This document shows, one piece after another, positions 1 through 17,680 of a stretch of 64,000 nucleotides of DNA (its first letter is position 1; every line of letters starts with the position of its first letter). The notes beneath the pieces are model-generated. The model made no database searches. It saw only the letters and a program-made list of their open reading frames with translations, and was not told the DNA's origin. Source of the stretch: Monocercomonoides exilis PA203. Taxonomy: Eukaryota > Protista > Preaxostyla. Both the position numbers and the translations under genes were made by a program. The stretch lies in NCBI GenBank assembly GCA_001643675.2, contig LSRY02000048.1, positions 1 to 64,000 on the forward strand. The letters are read 5' to 3'.

Positions 1-836
1 CCGCTTGTCTTTCTCCTTAGTGGATGTCTCTTCTCCCAAGCCGTCGTTCCAGTTCGTTGTGAAATTCCTCGGAGCTGCAACATGCTTGCATTCTCTTCTT
101 CTTCTTCTTCTTTTCTTCTTCTTCTTCCTTCTTATGTTACCTTTTCCATCATTTCCTCGTGTTTGAGGCATTGGAGGAAGGTTGATGCTCATCAAAAGCC
201 TGAGAGAAATTTGGAAGAAGAAGGAAAAGAAGAAGAAAGACAAGAGAAGAAGAAAATAGGAAGACGAGACGAAGAGGAAGAAGAAGAAGTGAAAGAAGAC
301 TTTTTATCATTTTTTTCTTTAAGAAGTTTGTTGGTAATTTTGATTATATCGAAAAGAAGAAGAAAGAGAAGGAGAAGATAAAGATTGCGGAAAACAGCGG
401 ACGAACGGAATGATGTGAAAAGGTTGCTTAATCGTTGTGCTGAGAAAGCAAGCATATAAGGTGATTGCTTATGAAGATGAGAGACGAAGAATAGGAAGGC
501 AAAGAGGATGAGAAGACGATGAAACATATTAACAAAATGAACACATTCTGAATTTTGTGGAGAAAAAGAAGACTGAAAGGAAGAGAAGACGACTACGATA
601 AAGACGAAGGAAACGAATATGAAAGAAGAGGAAGAAGAAGAATTATACGAGCAAAAAATGGATTTGAAGACATTTTCAGCAGGAGTAGAATGCATTGTTG
701 TGGTGCAATCGGAATAAGTCATATTTGAAAATCTCAGCAAACAGGAAAAAGTGAAATCCTCGTGATGCAAAAGAAGAATATTATATCGCATCAGCGTTGT
801 GGATGAATGAAATGTTGAAGCTTCAAACTGGTGCAT
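1..836 (-). pseudogene. 5' part of a low-complexity host-type gene or pseudogene running off the left edge
   Basis: Minus-strand ORF 192-836, plus a second minus frame (PNFSQAFDEHQLPPMPQTRG...KEKDKR) open to base 1; no recognisable domain. Confidence 0.3.
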
Positions 837-1031
837 GATTGAAATAGTTATATTTCAAATGACTAAGAAGAATAAGAGCATGAAGACTCAAATTCTATTT
901 GATATTTGACGTCTGTTATAAGCATCAAATGTTCTATATATTGAAATGTGAACAAAATTGTTGTTCTGTCACTGAACACAATGAATCTCACTATAAGAGT
1001 TATTCGATGAAAGAAATGCAGTTTCAGATGC

Positions 1032-1601
1032 ATTTCTGAAAGATGAATTATTATTCTCTTCATTTTCACTGATATTCCATCTCTCGGGCTGACAAATTAT
1101 TTATGAAAAAAATCGTATTGGTTGCTATTATTGCAGCTTTTAATAGAAATAAAATGAGAATATGGTTCAAACACATTAATTGCTTTTGCGCTTTGCTCAC
1201 AAAAATATCCACATGAAAATTAATGCATATTTATTTTTGACAATAAAATACAAAAATTATAAATACGTTCCATTTTCCTGAAAATATGTGAAATTAAAAA
1301 TCTCGATCACGTGGTCACTATTTTTCTTTGGTTTTATAAACAGCATTAAAGATGTGGGAAGCTGTCTGCCGTGGAAATCGTGAAGAAAAATTGAAGCCTT
1401 TTGTGATCGCCAGTCATTTCAATTTTCAGTTTTATAATAGTTCCGATCGTTCAACGGATCAAATCTGATGAGAACCTTAATAAGTGTTTTCAATGATTGG
1501 CGATCACAAAGTGGTCACTTGTTTTTCTCAGATTTCCACGCAGACAGCTTCCCCACATCTTTAATGTCTGTTTGTTGCAAAATCCCTGAAAAAAATTAGT
1601 G
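1032..1601. repeat. Left long inverted repeat with a degraded internal hairpin (1278-1601)
   Basis: atttctgaaagatgaattatt...cgggctgacaaattatttatg... matches the reverse complement of the right repeat, with many 1-4 nt indels in the hairpin part. Confidence 0.9.
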
Positions 1602-1920
1602 TTTACTTTTGAATCATTATTAAGAAAATGAATAAAATTGAATTTATTGTTTTTCTTTATTTTAATTTTTTAATGACAATGGTTTAATAACTTTTTATTG
1701 ACTTTGGCACTTTGGGTTAATACCATGATGAAATTTCGGAATAATTTTTCATTTATAAAAATTATTGAATAAATTTCTGAATAATTGATTTTTCATTTCA
1801 TTTTTCTTATCTGTGAAATCAACAAACTTGCATTTGAAAATTTCACTCAAAAATGACGCTTTGTCATTAATGAAATTGCATGTGCTTTTTTCCCATTAAA
1901 AATTCAAAAAAATCCCAATT

Positions 1921-5894
<3,974 letters not shown>

Positions 5895-6793
5895 GAAACT
5901 AGTTGTTGTGTATGCTTAGCTGGCACTCTATCGGAAGGGTGCTGGACATGACTGTTCGTATTTGATATTGCAGCCTTCGGGCTGCTTTATCCGGACCTGG
6001 AAACGACGAACAGCCTCCCAGGTGCACAACAGTTAGAATCCGATTGTTTTCTTGTGATTTTTGTCCCTATAATGTCACTATAATTATATTGGTTATTGTG
6101 CCGCTTATATTTGTATATATCGAGATTCATTAAAAGAGAGAGTTATTACGGAATTCATTGATCTTTGAGTGAGGTTTTTGGAAGGGGAGAGTTGACGAGA
6201 GTGTGAAATGTTGTTTTATCATTGTGTCTGTCTTTTTTTCTTTGTTGGATTTGATCTTTTAAGTCAAAGAGAGAGAAATATCAGAAAGGGGTGAGTGGAT
6301 AAAAAACAGGTGGAAAATAGACAAGTTAGTTATTGAACTTTTTATATAAGTATTCTTTTTTGTTTGGAATTGTCGTTGATACCACGAATTTGTTGAAATT
6401 GTACAATTTCTTCTTATATTTTTTATTGTTCAAAATTGTTGATATTTAGTTGATATTTGGAGATAGTTTTATGATTATGTGATTGAATTATGTTTTATTG
6501 AAAGTTGATGAATCTGATTCGAAATTTTCTGACAGTTTTCAATTTTATTTATGATCGAAATCATGAAGAACTTTTTGTTTTTTTATGTCATTTTGATTGG
6601 TGAACGATTGATATTTTATAACGTTTTTCTCTCACTTGACATTGTTAGTTTTTCCATATGTTCACGAAAAAGTGTATTTAGGCATATGACAAATAATAAT
6701 AAAGATATCAACAATAAATAATTTCCTTTAAAATACGATAACATAACAAATCAATCAAAATAATCATATAAAACAACAAAAAGCTAATATTTT

Positions 6794-7426
6794 CTGAAAA
6801 TATGTAAAATTAAAAATCTCGATCACAAAAGTGGTCACTAATTTTTCTTCGGATTTTGCAACAAACAGACATTAAAAGATGTGGGGAAGCTGTCTGCGTG
6901 GAAATCTGAGAAAAAATTAGTGACCACTTTTGTGATCGCCAGTCATTTAGAAAAACACTTTTATTAAGGTTCTCATCAGATTTGATCCGTTGAACGATCG
7001 GAACTATTATAAAACTGAAAATTGAAATGACTGGCGATCACAAAAGTGGTCACTAATTTTTTCTCAGATTTCCACGCAGACAGCTTCCCCACATCTTTTA
7101 ATGTCTGTTTGTTGCAAAATCCGAAGAAAAATTAGTGACCACTTTTGTGATCGAGATTTTTAATTTCACATATTTTCAGGAAAATGGAACGTATTTATAA
7201 TTTTTTGTATTTTATTGTGTCAAAAATAAATATGCATTAATTTTCATGTGGATATTTTTGTGAGCAAAGCGCAAAGCAATTAATGTGTTTGAACCATATT
7301 CTCATTTTATTTCTATTAAAAAAGCTGCAATAATAGCAACCAATACGATTTTTTTCATAAATAATTTGTCAGCCCGAGATGGAATATCAGTGAAAATGAA
7401 AGAATAATAATTCATCTTTCAGAAAT
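6794..7426. repeat. Right long inverted repeat containing a near-perfect hairpin (arms 6794-6948 and 7025-7179, 76-nt loop)
   Basis: Arms are reverse complements with one mismatch seen; the motif gatcacaaaagtggtcactaattttt occurs four times in alternating orientation. Confidence 0.95.
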
Positions 7427-8181
7427 ATGTCTGTAAGTGATTCTATTTTAATGAGTATTTCTTTGACTTTATTTTTTATTTCATCATGGTTAATTGGTTT
7501 TTTCTCCATTATTATTAATTCAATCTATCTTTTTTTTGATTCTCTATTTTGACTTATTATTTCTTTGAATATACTCTGAACTTATCTTCATTGATTTTTA
7601 AAATTTATTTATAAATTTATTCATCTGACTTTTGGATTTTATTTTTCATGTTTATCGTATATTGATAGCTATTTATCGTGACACAGCGTGCATTGAAGAT
7701 GGAGAAAAAAAGATGAAAGCAAATTAACTAAATAATGAAGAAATGAATTTATTTTTTAATTAAAAAAGATTTTTGGAGAATTAACAGTTCACTTGAAATG
7801 AAGTTTAATTTTTGTTGGATGAAGATGAAGAAAGAGAACATGACGATAGAGTTCAGAAGAATCAGAAGGAAATATATTTTCTGAATGAAATCATAGCAAA
7901 GAGAAAAGAAACAGGAGCAAAACCATTTGAAAATTGATTCGCACCAGCTAATTAGCATATTCAAAAGGTGAATGAATAAAAAATCAACTTCTTCGTTGGA
8001 AGCACTTCTGTAAATGGCAGAGGAAATGATGTGTTCTTCAGTGGAAGCAGCATAACCCAATCCCAATTTGAGAATTGTGGTTCAACAACTCAAACTAAAA
8101 GAGTGTAGAATCAAGGAACTGCTGACAATGAAACTTTCAATGGCTGGCTCCCCCTCATTGCCCAGAACAAAATAGTCTCAA

Positions 8182-11100
8182 ATGGTGGAAGTGATGCTGA
8201 TGTCTGTGGAAGACCCCAAAAGACCCCATGTGCCGCCATCGAATATGCTCTCAACGGCTTCATTTCCCTCCTCCAAGAAGCATCCCTCACCCCCTTCACC
8301 TCAACATTTGTTCCTCTTCAAGCACTCACCTTCAGTGCGATTGATTCCAAAATCACAGGAAATGACACAGATTCCACCAACATCGCCTCCAGTAGTATTC
8401 CTCAACCATCTTCTTCTTCTTCTTTTTCTTTTTCATCATCATCTTCTTCTTCTGCTGCTGCTAATGCTTTTTCTCAAAAATCTTTTTCCTTTCCCCTCTC
8501 GTCCTTCCATTCATCTCATTCGTCTTCCCATTCTCGCCTATTCCCTTTTCGGTGGTATGTTTTCAACATCAGAGGAATGTGCGAACATTGCTTCATTTTT
8601 TTGCTTGAATGAAGTTCAGTCGCACGACTTCAATGCTTTCATCATCATCTCAAACTTCTCCCCATTTATCGAAAGATTGTTCCATTTCACATTCCTCCTC
8701 TTCATCGTTTTCTTCCTCATATTAATCATAAGCCACTTTTCCAAATAACACATCCACTAAATTATCTTCCTTATCTCCCTCTTCGTTATCATAATTTTCG
8801 TCTTTATTTTCCTCCTCTTTTTCTGCTTCTTCTGCTTCTTCTGCTTCTTCTGCTTCTTCTGCTTCTTCTGCTTCTGCTGCTTCTCCTTCTTCCTCAGTTT
8901 CAGCTTCTCCTCCTTCTCCTCCTCCTTTGCTGTCTCCAACACTCAGACCAGACTCATTTCAGCTCTCAAAGAACAAAACAGCAGACTCTCGTATTCATCC
9001 TCGTCTGCGCACAGCCAATCTTCCTCGCTCGCCTCTTTCAACACACACTTCATCTGCTCCATCACCATCCATTTCACCTTCTCCTTTCTCTTCTTTATCA
9101 TCATCTTCTACCTCCTCCTCTTCTTCTTCGTCGTCGTCATCTTCATCATCATCTTCTTCTTCTCTTCCACCTTCTTCTCTTTCTCCCTTGTCCAACTCCA
9201 CCTCCTTCCAGAAGTTAAGTTCTGCCAAGAAGATCAAGCGCCTCAAGAAGGATTCGAACCTTCGCCTGCTGTCGAGCCGTGTGTTGCGCCATCTTCGCAC
9301 TCTTCAGAATGAGCAACTGGAGAAAGAGCTACTTCAACAACAGCAGCAGCAAATGAGGATGAACCAGCAGATGAGTCAACAGCAACAGCAGCAGCAGCAG
9401 ATGAACAGTTTTACTCCAACTGTTAGATTTGAGCTTCCACCTTCTGATGAGTCTGCTTCAAATGAGACATCAAATGAGGGTAATGGGCAGATGGAGGTGG
9501 AAGAGGAAAGACAATCTTCTGTTGGGAATGCAACAGCAGATGCAATTGACACAGCAAGTGTGAATGAAAGTGGAAGTGTCAATGACAATAGCAATGGAAG
9601 TTTCAATGTGAATGAGAATATGAGTGAGAATGGCAGTTATGCTGCTTCTTTATCTCCTTCTCTGTCTCCCTCTGTTTCTCTTCCTCTTTCCTCTTCCCAT
9701 TCAACATATCTTCCTCATCTTCCCCACTCATCTCATCCATCTCAACTAACACTGTCTGCTCAAGTTCCTCTTTTATCTCTTAATTCTTCTTCTCCTTCTC
9801 TTTCATCCCTTTCCTCCTTTTCTTCTCTCTCTCCTCTCTCTTCTCTCTCCTCTCCTTCTTCAAGCAGCATCCGAACAAGATCTCTTGCTGCCTCTGACAG
9901 ACGAGCCGGCTTCTGCAAAGAGCACATCCCAGCGCCGTTGGAATACGAAGAGCAGCTGTACTCAATCTTCACTCCGCCTTCGTCGCCTGTGAAGAAAGAA
10001 GGAAACATGCTTCTCTCTGCGCATTCAGCTGTTTATTCTGCTTCTGCTTCTGTTTCTTCTTCTCGCCCAATGCTCTCATCTTCATATTCTGTCTCTTTCA
10101 CTCCTTCCTTCACTCCTTCTGTACCTTCTACCATTTCTCCTTCAACTTCCTTTTTTCCTTCTTCTTCTTCTGTCTCTTCCTCTTCTATTACTCCTGTCTC
10201 ATCCATCTTGCCTATCTCCCCAATCTCCACTCTCCCTTCTGTCCCTTCTCTTCCTTCTGCTGCCTCTTCTCCTTCTTCTCCTTCTGACTCTGATGCTGAC
10301 ATGCCCCCAAACAACCGCTTCATCCACTCACTCAGCAAATCTCTGTCTGAAATACTGTTAAAGAAATCAGCAGAAATCACAACCATTTCATCTTCTCGCA
10401 ATCTTCCTCAGCCAACTAAATCTATTTTGCCTTCTTCTTCTTCTTCTTCTTCTTCATTTGTTCTCTCTCACACCTCAAGTCTTCCAACGCCCTCCACTTC
10501 GATCTATGCCATTCTCTCTCAGCGCTCAGATGAAGAGCTGCTGTGTCTGATTGAAGCATATCTGGCTGATTCAATGAAGAAGACGAAGAAGCGCATCAAA
10601 ATGGAATTCAACGAAGAAGAGAGAGAACTGATGGAGTTGAGAAGAAGCAAGAAAGAACGATTGAAGCAGCTGAGGGCAGTGCGAGCAGCAGAGAAAGCAG
10701 AAGAAGAGAGGAAGAGGAGGAAGAGCGAGATGAAAGCGAAAGAGGAGAAGGAGGCGTTGCAGGCAGAGGCCGAGCGGATGATGAAGAGCAGCACATATGC
10801 TGTGCTTAGACAGAAGGCGCTGATTGCACAAATTGGTAATGACATCCCAAAAGTGCGGAGGATGTTCCCAGCAGCTGCAAAGTGTTTGGAGTGGAACAAA
10901 ACAAAAGGAATTGAATGGTTGGCTCATGAAAATGTCACTTACAGAGAATTGGCAAATAATCCGGATTTCCCAACGCTGGGCTTTGGAATAATAATATTAC
11001 CTTCTGAAGCGCGCAAGAATCCATCATTGTAATTATCTTCTTCTTCTTCCACAAAACACTCCACCAATCATACAACCTCTCCTCCTTCCAGCACCAACCC

Positions 11101-14100
11101 CAACACAATTGACAAGAGTGTTTCTATTCTACTTCGCCGTGCCGAAAGCATCGCCTCCTCCTCTCATTCTGCCTTCGTCTTCCACTCTGTCGACTTTGTT
11201 GTGCTCAAAGTGACCCGCCTCTTCTCCTCTCGCGCCTTCGTCCTGGCTGCCTCCCTCGGCTTGTCTGGTGCTGAGCTCACTGCCATCTGGAGGCTGTTTG
11301 TGTTGTGTGTGTCTTCTGCGCATTCGCTCGTGCTGCTGCCAAATCAGTCGCTCCACACGCTGTTTATGGGGTGTGTCTACGTCGTCGCTGCCATCTTCGC
11401 ACAGACAGTGCTGTCTACATTGTTTGAGCAAGAGGTGGATGATGTTGATGAACTGATGGAGAAGGAAGAAGGAGATGATGTGATTATCACAAACAACAAA
11501 GACACACCAAGATGGGTGTATCAGCTGTGTGAGGGAGAGAAAGAGAAAGAAGAAAGGAAGGATCTGCTAAAGAAGAGGCAGCAGCAGCGGAAGGAGATGC
11601 GGAATTCGCAGCTGCTTTCGAATGGGGTTGTGTTTTCGCAGTGGTGTGAGGCCTTTGTGAGGTATTCGCTTGTTGGGCTGACAACAGACAGGATTCTGCA
11701 GCCACGTGCATTTCTGAGCAGTGTCAGTGCAGTGGATCCATCAAAGAGTTCAGTGGCTGAGTTGATGAAGCAGAAGAAGAAGGAAAAGAAGGAGATGGAG
11801 AAGAAACAGAAGATGATGACAATGTTGAATCAGAACAATACAATTTTCAGTGGAAATGGAGTGAGTTCATCTGATTCTCTGATGAATAGCAACATCAGTC
11901 GTGTCAGCAATGAAGCAGGTTTCAGAGAAAACAACAAAAAAGCGAATAAAAGCACAAAAAAGACAAATCCATCCATTCTGACGCTGTCACAGATCATCTC
12001 CACATACTGCAGATGCTTCCCTTCTGTCACAAACACATTGGAATCGAATCGATTCAATCAAAATGCAACTGACAGTTCTGAAAAAGCTAACAAAAGTGCT
12101 GTTTCTGTTGGCTCTGCCACTCCTCCTCTGACTCCAACATATTCTCCGCCTTCTTCTCCATCTCTCACTCCTTCAATGTCTTCTTCTTCGTTCTCTCCTT
12201 CCTCTTTTCCTTCCTCTCCTTCTTCCTCTTCCTCTTCTTCCTCTTCTTTTGGAATTCCAACAGCATCGCTTGCTTCTTCTCCTCTTCTTCCGTCTGTCAC
12301 ATCATCTTCCACTTCATCTGAACATTCCAATCAAATAAATCACCAACATCATTCATCATCATCATCTTCTTCTTCCTCCTCCTCTTCTTCCTCCTCCTCC
12401 TTTTTCCATTTCTCTTCTCTTCCTCTTTTCCTCCAGCCCCGTTTCGTTGCCCATTACATCAACACTCTCTTCATTCCTGAGCTCCATCGTGAATTGGACG
12501 GCATATCAGCTGCGTTTGAGGCAGAGCTGAGAGATTTCGAAAAGCAGAGAGCGAATTACGTGGCTGAACAGCAGCGAGTGAAGGACAAAGAGAAGTCAGC
12601 TCCAAAAGGCGCACTCAGAAATATGCAGGTCATTCCGAAATCTTTGCGTTCTTCTTCTTCTTCTTCCTCCTCCTCCTCTTCTGCTTCCTCTTCTTCCTCT
12701 TCATCATCATCTTCTTCTTCTCATGAGAATTCAACAGCACTTGTGCCTCTTTCACATCCATCGACCAATTATTACTACAGAATGAAGCAGAGGAACATTC
12801 CTCACCCTCAGCTGATGCCTCCTCCTGGTTCATCATCTTCTTCTGCTTCTTCTTCAACTTCTTCTGTTTCTTTTCGTTCTCGTTTATCTTCCTCTTCTTT
12901 AACTTCTTCTTCTTCTCATTTCTCCTCTCTTTCTTCCACCGCCTCTCGTCTTTTGGGCAAGTCTTCTTTGAATTCTCGTCTTTCCATTGTTCCCTCACAC
13001 TCCAGGCGCTCCAGCAAGCATCAAGCACATCCTCCACTTAGCCCTCTCACTCGCACACAGACACAGACACAGACACAGACACAGACACAAAAGATGAACA
13101 TCAACAACTTGCTGAGAAGTGCTAATGATGAGGTGAAAATGGAGAAAGAGAGAGAGAAAGAAAGAGAAAGAGAAAGAGAGAGAGAGAGAGAAGTGGTGGT
13201 GGAAGTGGAAGTGGAAGTGGAATGGGAATGGCTCAGTTGAATGAAGCGCCGAGTGTTCTGTCTCAAACAGTGAAGCAGATGAAGAAAGAGATGATTGAGA
13301 TAAGCAAAGGAGATGTTGTGAAAAGAGAAGAAGACATGATCGGTGAGGACGGAGACAAGGGAAAAATAACACCAACAAATTCAACAGAAATGACATCAGA
13401 TGCTTCTGCTCCTTCATCAGAAGCATCAACTGTGATGTCATCTTCAATAACTTCTTCTTCTGCTGCTTCTGCTGCTTCAAATACTTCTTTTCCTCCTGCA
13501 ACTTCATCATCCATTCCATCAAAGCAATTGCCTTCTCCCCGTTCTCCTTCAAAGAGAAGAAAGGGCATTCCATCTTCTTCCTCTTCCTCCTCCTCTCCTT
13601 CTCCTTCTCCTTCTCCTTCCTCTTCTCCCTCACCTTCACCCTATCCTTCCTCCACCCCCAGTTCCCCTCTGCCCCCTCATCCCTCATCTCCCCTTCGCCA
13701 TCAGCTGTCTGCCTCAGACATCGTCGAAGGGAAAAGGCAAGTGCATGCACCGAAGATGTTAGACCTCGACTTCCGAAAGCCACACAGGGGAAAGCCAAAA
13801 AGAGGGAAGAAGACGATTGGGAAAGAGAATTCATTGTTTGCAGCGAGAGAGGCGAGGGAAGAAGGAGAAGAGAGAGAGGAGAGGGAAGAAAGAGGAAGAA
13901 ATGGAATGGATAGCAATGGTGAAGGTGTAAGTGAAGGTGTATCATCAGATAGAGACAAGATGGATGAAAGTGACTCACTTGGATTTCTGAGTGAAGACGG
14001 AGAGTCTGCAAAGGAAGGGAAGAAAGAAGAAGAGGAAGAAGAGAATGAGAAGAAGAAAGAAGGAAATGAAAATGTAAATGACAATGAAGATGTTAACAAC

Positions 14101-17100
14101 ACAGTGAGTGATTCAAACAAAGTCAGTGAAGAACAACAAACTTTCACAAAAGAGGAAGAAGGAAGCTCAAATTCACTCAATCTTCAGTCTTCTTCTTCTA
14201 CTTCTGCTTCTTCTGCTTCTTCTTCCACCTCTGCATCGTCAAGTGCTGGCTTTCCAACTGCCTCTTTCCCTATATCAAATGCTCAAGCCAAGAATCCCTC
14301 TTCATCATCATCTTCTTCTTCTTATTCTTCTTCTGTTTCACTGCTGAGCATGCCATCAACTGCATTAGGAAGAGCACTCAAACGAAGCGGAGGGAGAAAA
14401 GCGCTAGCTGCCTTCAAGCGGACAGTTCGTATGAAGACACACACAGGCTCAAGAATTGCTCCACCCGAGTTCAAATCAGAAGTGCTGGGACTGACAAACA
14501 AGATGGGTGGAAGCAGCAATTATAACAGCAATAACAATAATAACAGCAAGAAGAAGAAGCTATTACGTGTGGGGATGTAGCAAGTGCCGCTGAATATTCC
14601 ACACGGAAGGCCGCCGAAGATGAAGAGGAAGCGGATAATTACTGCGATGGGGTTGAATCAGCAGGGGAAGAAGAGTGAAGGATGTGCAAATGCAAATGCA
14701 ACAGCGCAGAATACGAGGCGTTTGGAATCAACTGTTGTAACATTGGCGAGCAAGAGGATAGTTTTGAAACAAAGAGAAGGAGAAGGAAAAGGAAAAGGAG
14801 AGAGAAAAGGAAAAGGAGAAAGAGAAAGAGAAGGGAAGAATAATTTATGCGTTTAAAGAGCTTCTTCCAGATGAATAGGAGTTTGGAAGACAAAGAGGAG
14901 CAAAGCGGAGATAGAAAGCGAGCGTGAAAGGGAAAGGAAAAGCGAAAGGAAAAGCATTCCTATCAAAGACAAGTCCGACGATGAGTTCGTTTGATGTGCT
15001 GAGTGAGCTGCTTTCGAGAGAGCTGGAGCTGCTAGGTATGACAGAAGGCAGCATCGCCTTTGACTCTTTTAAGTCTGATATGAGTGAGAAAAGTGGAAGA
15101 AGCAGAAGTGACACCGATAAGAATGAATATGGCGAGGAAGTGGATGATGATGATGAGGAGGAGGAGGAGGAAGAAGACGTGGAGTGAGACAGGATTCTCA
15201 GTGCAAAGATATTTTTGACAAGTACACGGACCATTCGGCAGACACTGGAAAAGAGCAGATCTGTTTTTGAATATGACACCTCGAACACATGCAATTCGGT
15301 AAAAATGAGAGAAAACAGCTGAGTTGAAGCAACATTCAAAGCAGCTGAGATGAAAGAGAGGCAGAATAAGGAGGCACTTACGAAGATGAAGAAGAACATA
15401 CTGAAGCTGACACATGGAAGTATTATTCCTCTAATCAAGCCAGTCTTCCTTCTGCTGCCTTCAAATCTCGTTCAGGAAGAGGAAATCAAGGCAAAGACGC
15501 TCAAAAGAAAGATCTGGCCGAGAGGGAAAGGGAAGAACATGTACTATTTGTTCGAGATGAAGAGAGGAAAGAGTGAGTGAACGGAGCAGGTGCAGCAGAC
15601 ACTGAAGAAGCAGAAGAAGACAGTGAAGATGATGGCAATGACGATAGCGATGATAGTTACGTTAGCGGTGATGAAGACAGTTTGGATATAACACGATCTG
15701 CTGAAACATCAAATGCCGATGAAACATAAAAGACAACAGAAAGAGAAGAAGACTTAACTTCACGCCCTGCCCTGCGCTTCACTCCCAAGCAGCGAAAGAT
15801 GCTTTCATCGGCATCCCAAAATAGCAATCAGAAGAAGTCGCATGTCACTTTCTCACACACCTTAACCATCGTCTGCGGAGAGCTCAGTCCAACCCATCTG
15901 CAGTTCACCTTTCCTTCACCCAAGTATGCAAAGGAAAATGGAGAGAAAGAAGAAGACGAGAACTCAATTGGCTCAGAAGGCAGCAGAGAAGCCAGACAGC
16001 ACCCGCCAGAAGACACAGCAATCACAGCTTGGCGGCTGTTTCTATGTCACGAAGACATCTTGTCTTGTCTGCCATCAGAGCAGCACTCGGCAGAGCAACA
16101 CAGACACACCTCAGAGCAGCTGCAGCGAATGGGTTTGCAACGGTGTCTTCTTCTTCCTCCTCCTCCTCAGCTGGTCTGTCTAACCAGACAGGTTATGCAA
16201 ATATCAATGCCAATGGAAGTGATGGTGGAGGAGTGGATGACTTTGGGATTATCATTCTGTTTGGGAGGAAATGCAGACTGAAGACAGGGCTGGAGAAACT
16301 GTTTTGTGGTCGATGCAGCAGGTTGGGAAGAATGAAGGCGCTGCTTTGCTCCACTCACTCGGAAACGCGCTGTCTCATCTTTTCAACCAGCTTTGACCAC
16401 CTCAGCTCCAAAGTTCACAACCATCCTTCTTCGCATGCTGGTGAAACAGGGAAAGTATTGGCAAATGATGCGAACTCGTTTCTGAGCCTGTTGTGTGGAA
16501 CGAGGCTGTTCAGCTTGGGAGGAGAAGATACTGTGAGAGATGCACAACTGGTGGAGAACATGAGAAAGGAGATGAATGTGTGGAGAGGAGAAGGAAGGAC
16601 AGCTGTTGAAGGAGGGGACGAGGCAAGAGGCACAGTTGAGCTGTTCTGAGAAGAGAGGGGAATCTTCAGCACTATTCCTGATGTGCAGAACAAGATCAAT
16701 AGAAAGAATGATGAACATAATTTCTCTTTGAATGCAGTGGAAAGAGAGTCATATGCAATCAATGCGAATATTCTGCTTGACCCGCTTTTGTTTGCTTCGT
16801 CTGTCTTTTTCGAAGACCAACAACTTCTGCTGTCTGCCTCAGAAAATACAATTTTAGTTCCTCCTCAAAGAACTACATATGTCCCATCCATCGGAGAAAC
16901 TCTGCTCGAACTGACAAATCCATCTTTTCAGGTTGTTCCGCTGTGCATTGAGTATCCACAGAAAGGGGAGCAGCATTCGATTCTGCCTTCTTCTCTCGAG
17001 TTTTCATGAGCGCTTCTTGTCAACGTGTGTCCTCTCCATCTTTCTCATCCACTCACTTCTATCGTCCGCACTCTGCTTTCAAAGATGCTTTCAGTGTCTT

Positions 17101-17680
17101 TCACTTCATCTTCCGTGTTCTCCATCCCTTCTTTATTCACCTCCTTCATCACTTCTTTGAAAATTCTCAGTCCACATCATCATCCATCACAACACCTGCC
17201 ATCATCTCATTCTCCACGCAGCCCCTCGGACCTTCTGCCGCGTTGTCCAATCGCCTGCTGCTTTGTCTGCTGGCCACGCGCACTGCACTCACTGCTGTTG
17301 CAACCGCTGCTCACAGGCTGATGGTGAAGAAGGACTTGCTCCCCAAAATATCAGCCATATTCGAGACACACCATGTCCAGAAACCTTCTTCTTCTCCTTC
17401 GATGTTCATTTCTGCCTCTCTCATCCAGCGATTGGAGGTTGTTGGCGCTGCATTCGCACAAGCCACACCTTCCGCTTTTGCTTCTGTCCAGCAAACATCT
17501 GAGTCTCAGTCAACTTCATTGGCATCGAATATAACAACAGATGCACTGGACCTGAGTGGATCTTCAAATTCTGCTGCTGATGAAGCTAATACAACTTCTG
17601 TTGGCATGCGATAAATGCATAAGGAACAGCAAGTGGAAGAAGAGGAGAACTTCCCTATCAGATAAAGAAAGACTAATTCT
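8182..17680 (+). pseudogene. Very large Ser/Gln/Glu-rich host-type gene interrupted by in-frame stops and frameshifts
   Basis: ORFs 8927-11032 and 11201-13240 share a frame across one TAA; 13222-14580/14584, 14924/15350 and 16029/16683/17025 are likewise joined across stop codons; a frameshift lies at the (GA)n run near 13180; no named domain. Confidence 0.65.

Noticed and set aside
6794-7179. CRISPR-like array
   Set aside because: Motifs alternate in orientation and the spacers are reverse complements of each other, so this is a palindrome, in a eukaryotic context with no cas genes
8927-17680. Alternative genetic code (TAA/TAG=Gln or TGA=Trp) explaining the in-frame stops
   Set aside because: Poly-Gln runs use only CAA/CAG, and ORFs of 420-773 aa are stop-free. 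TGA aligns to Trp in pogo A but to Arg in Harbinger B, and frameshifts co-occur. Mutational decay fits better.
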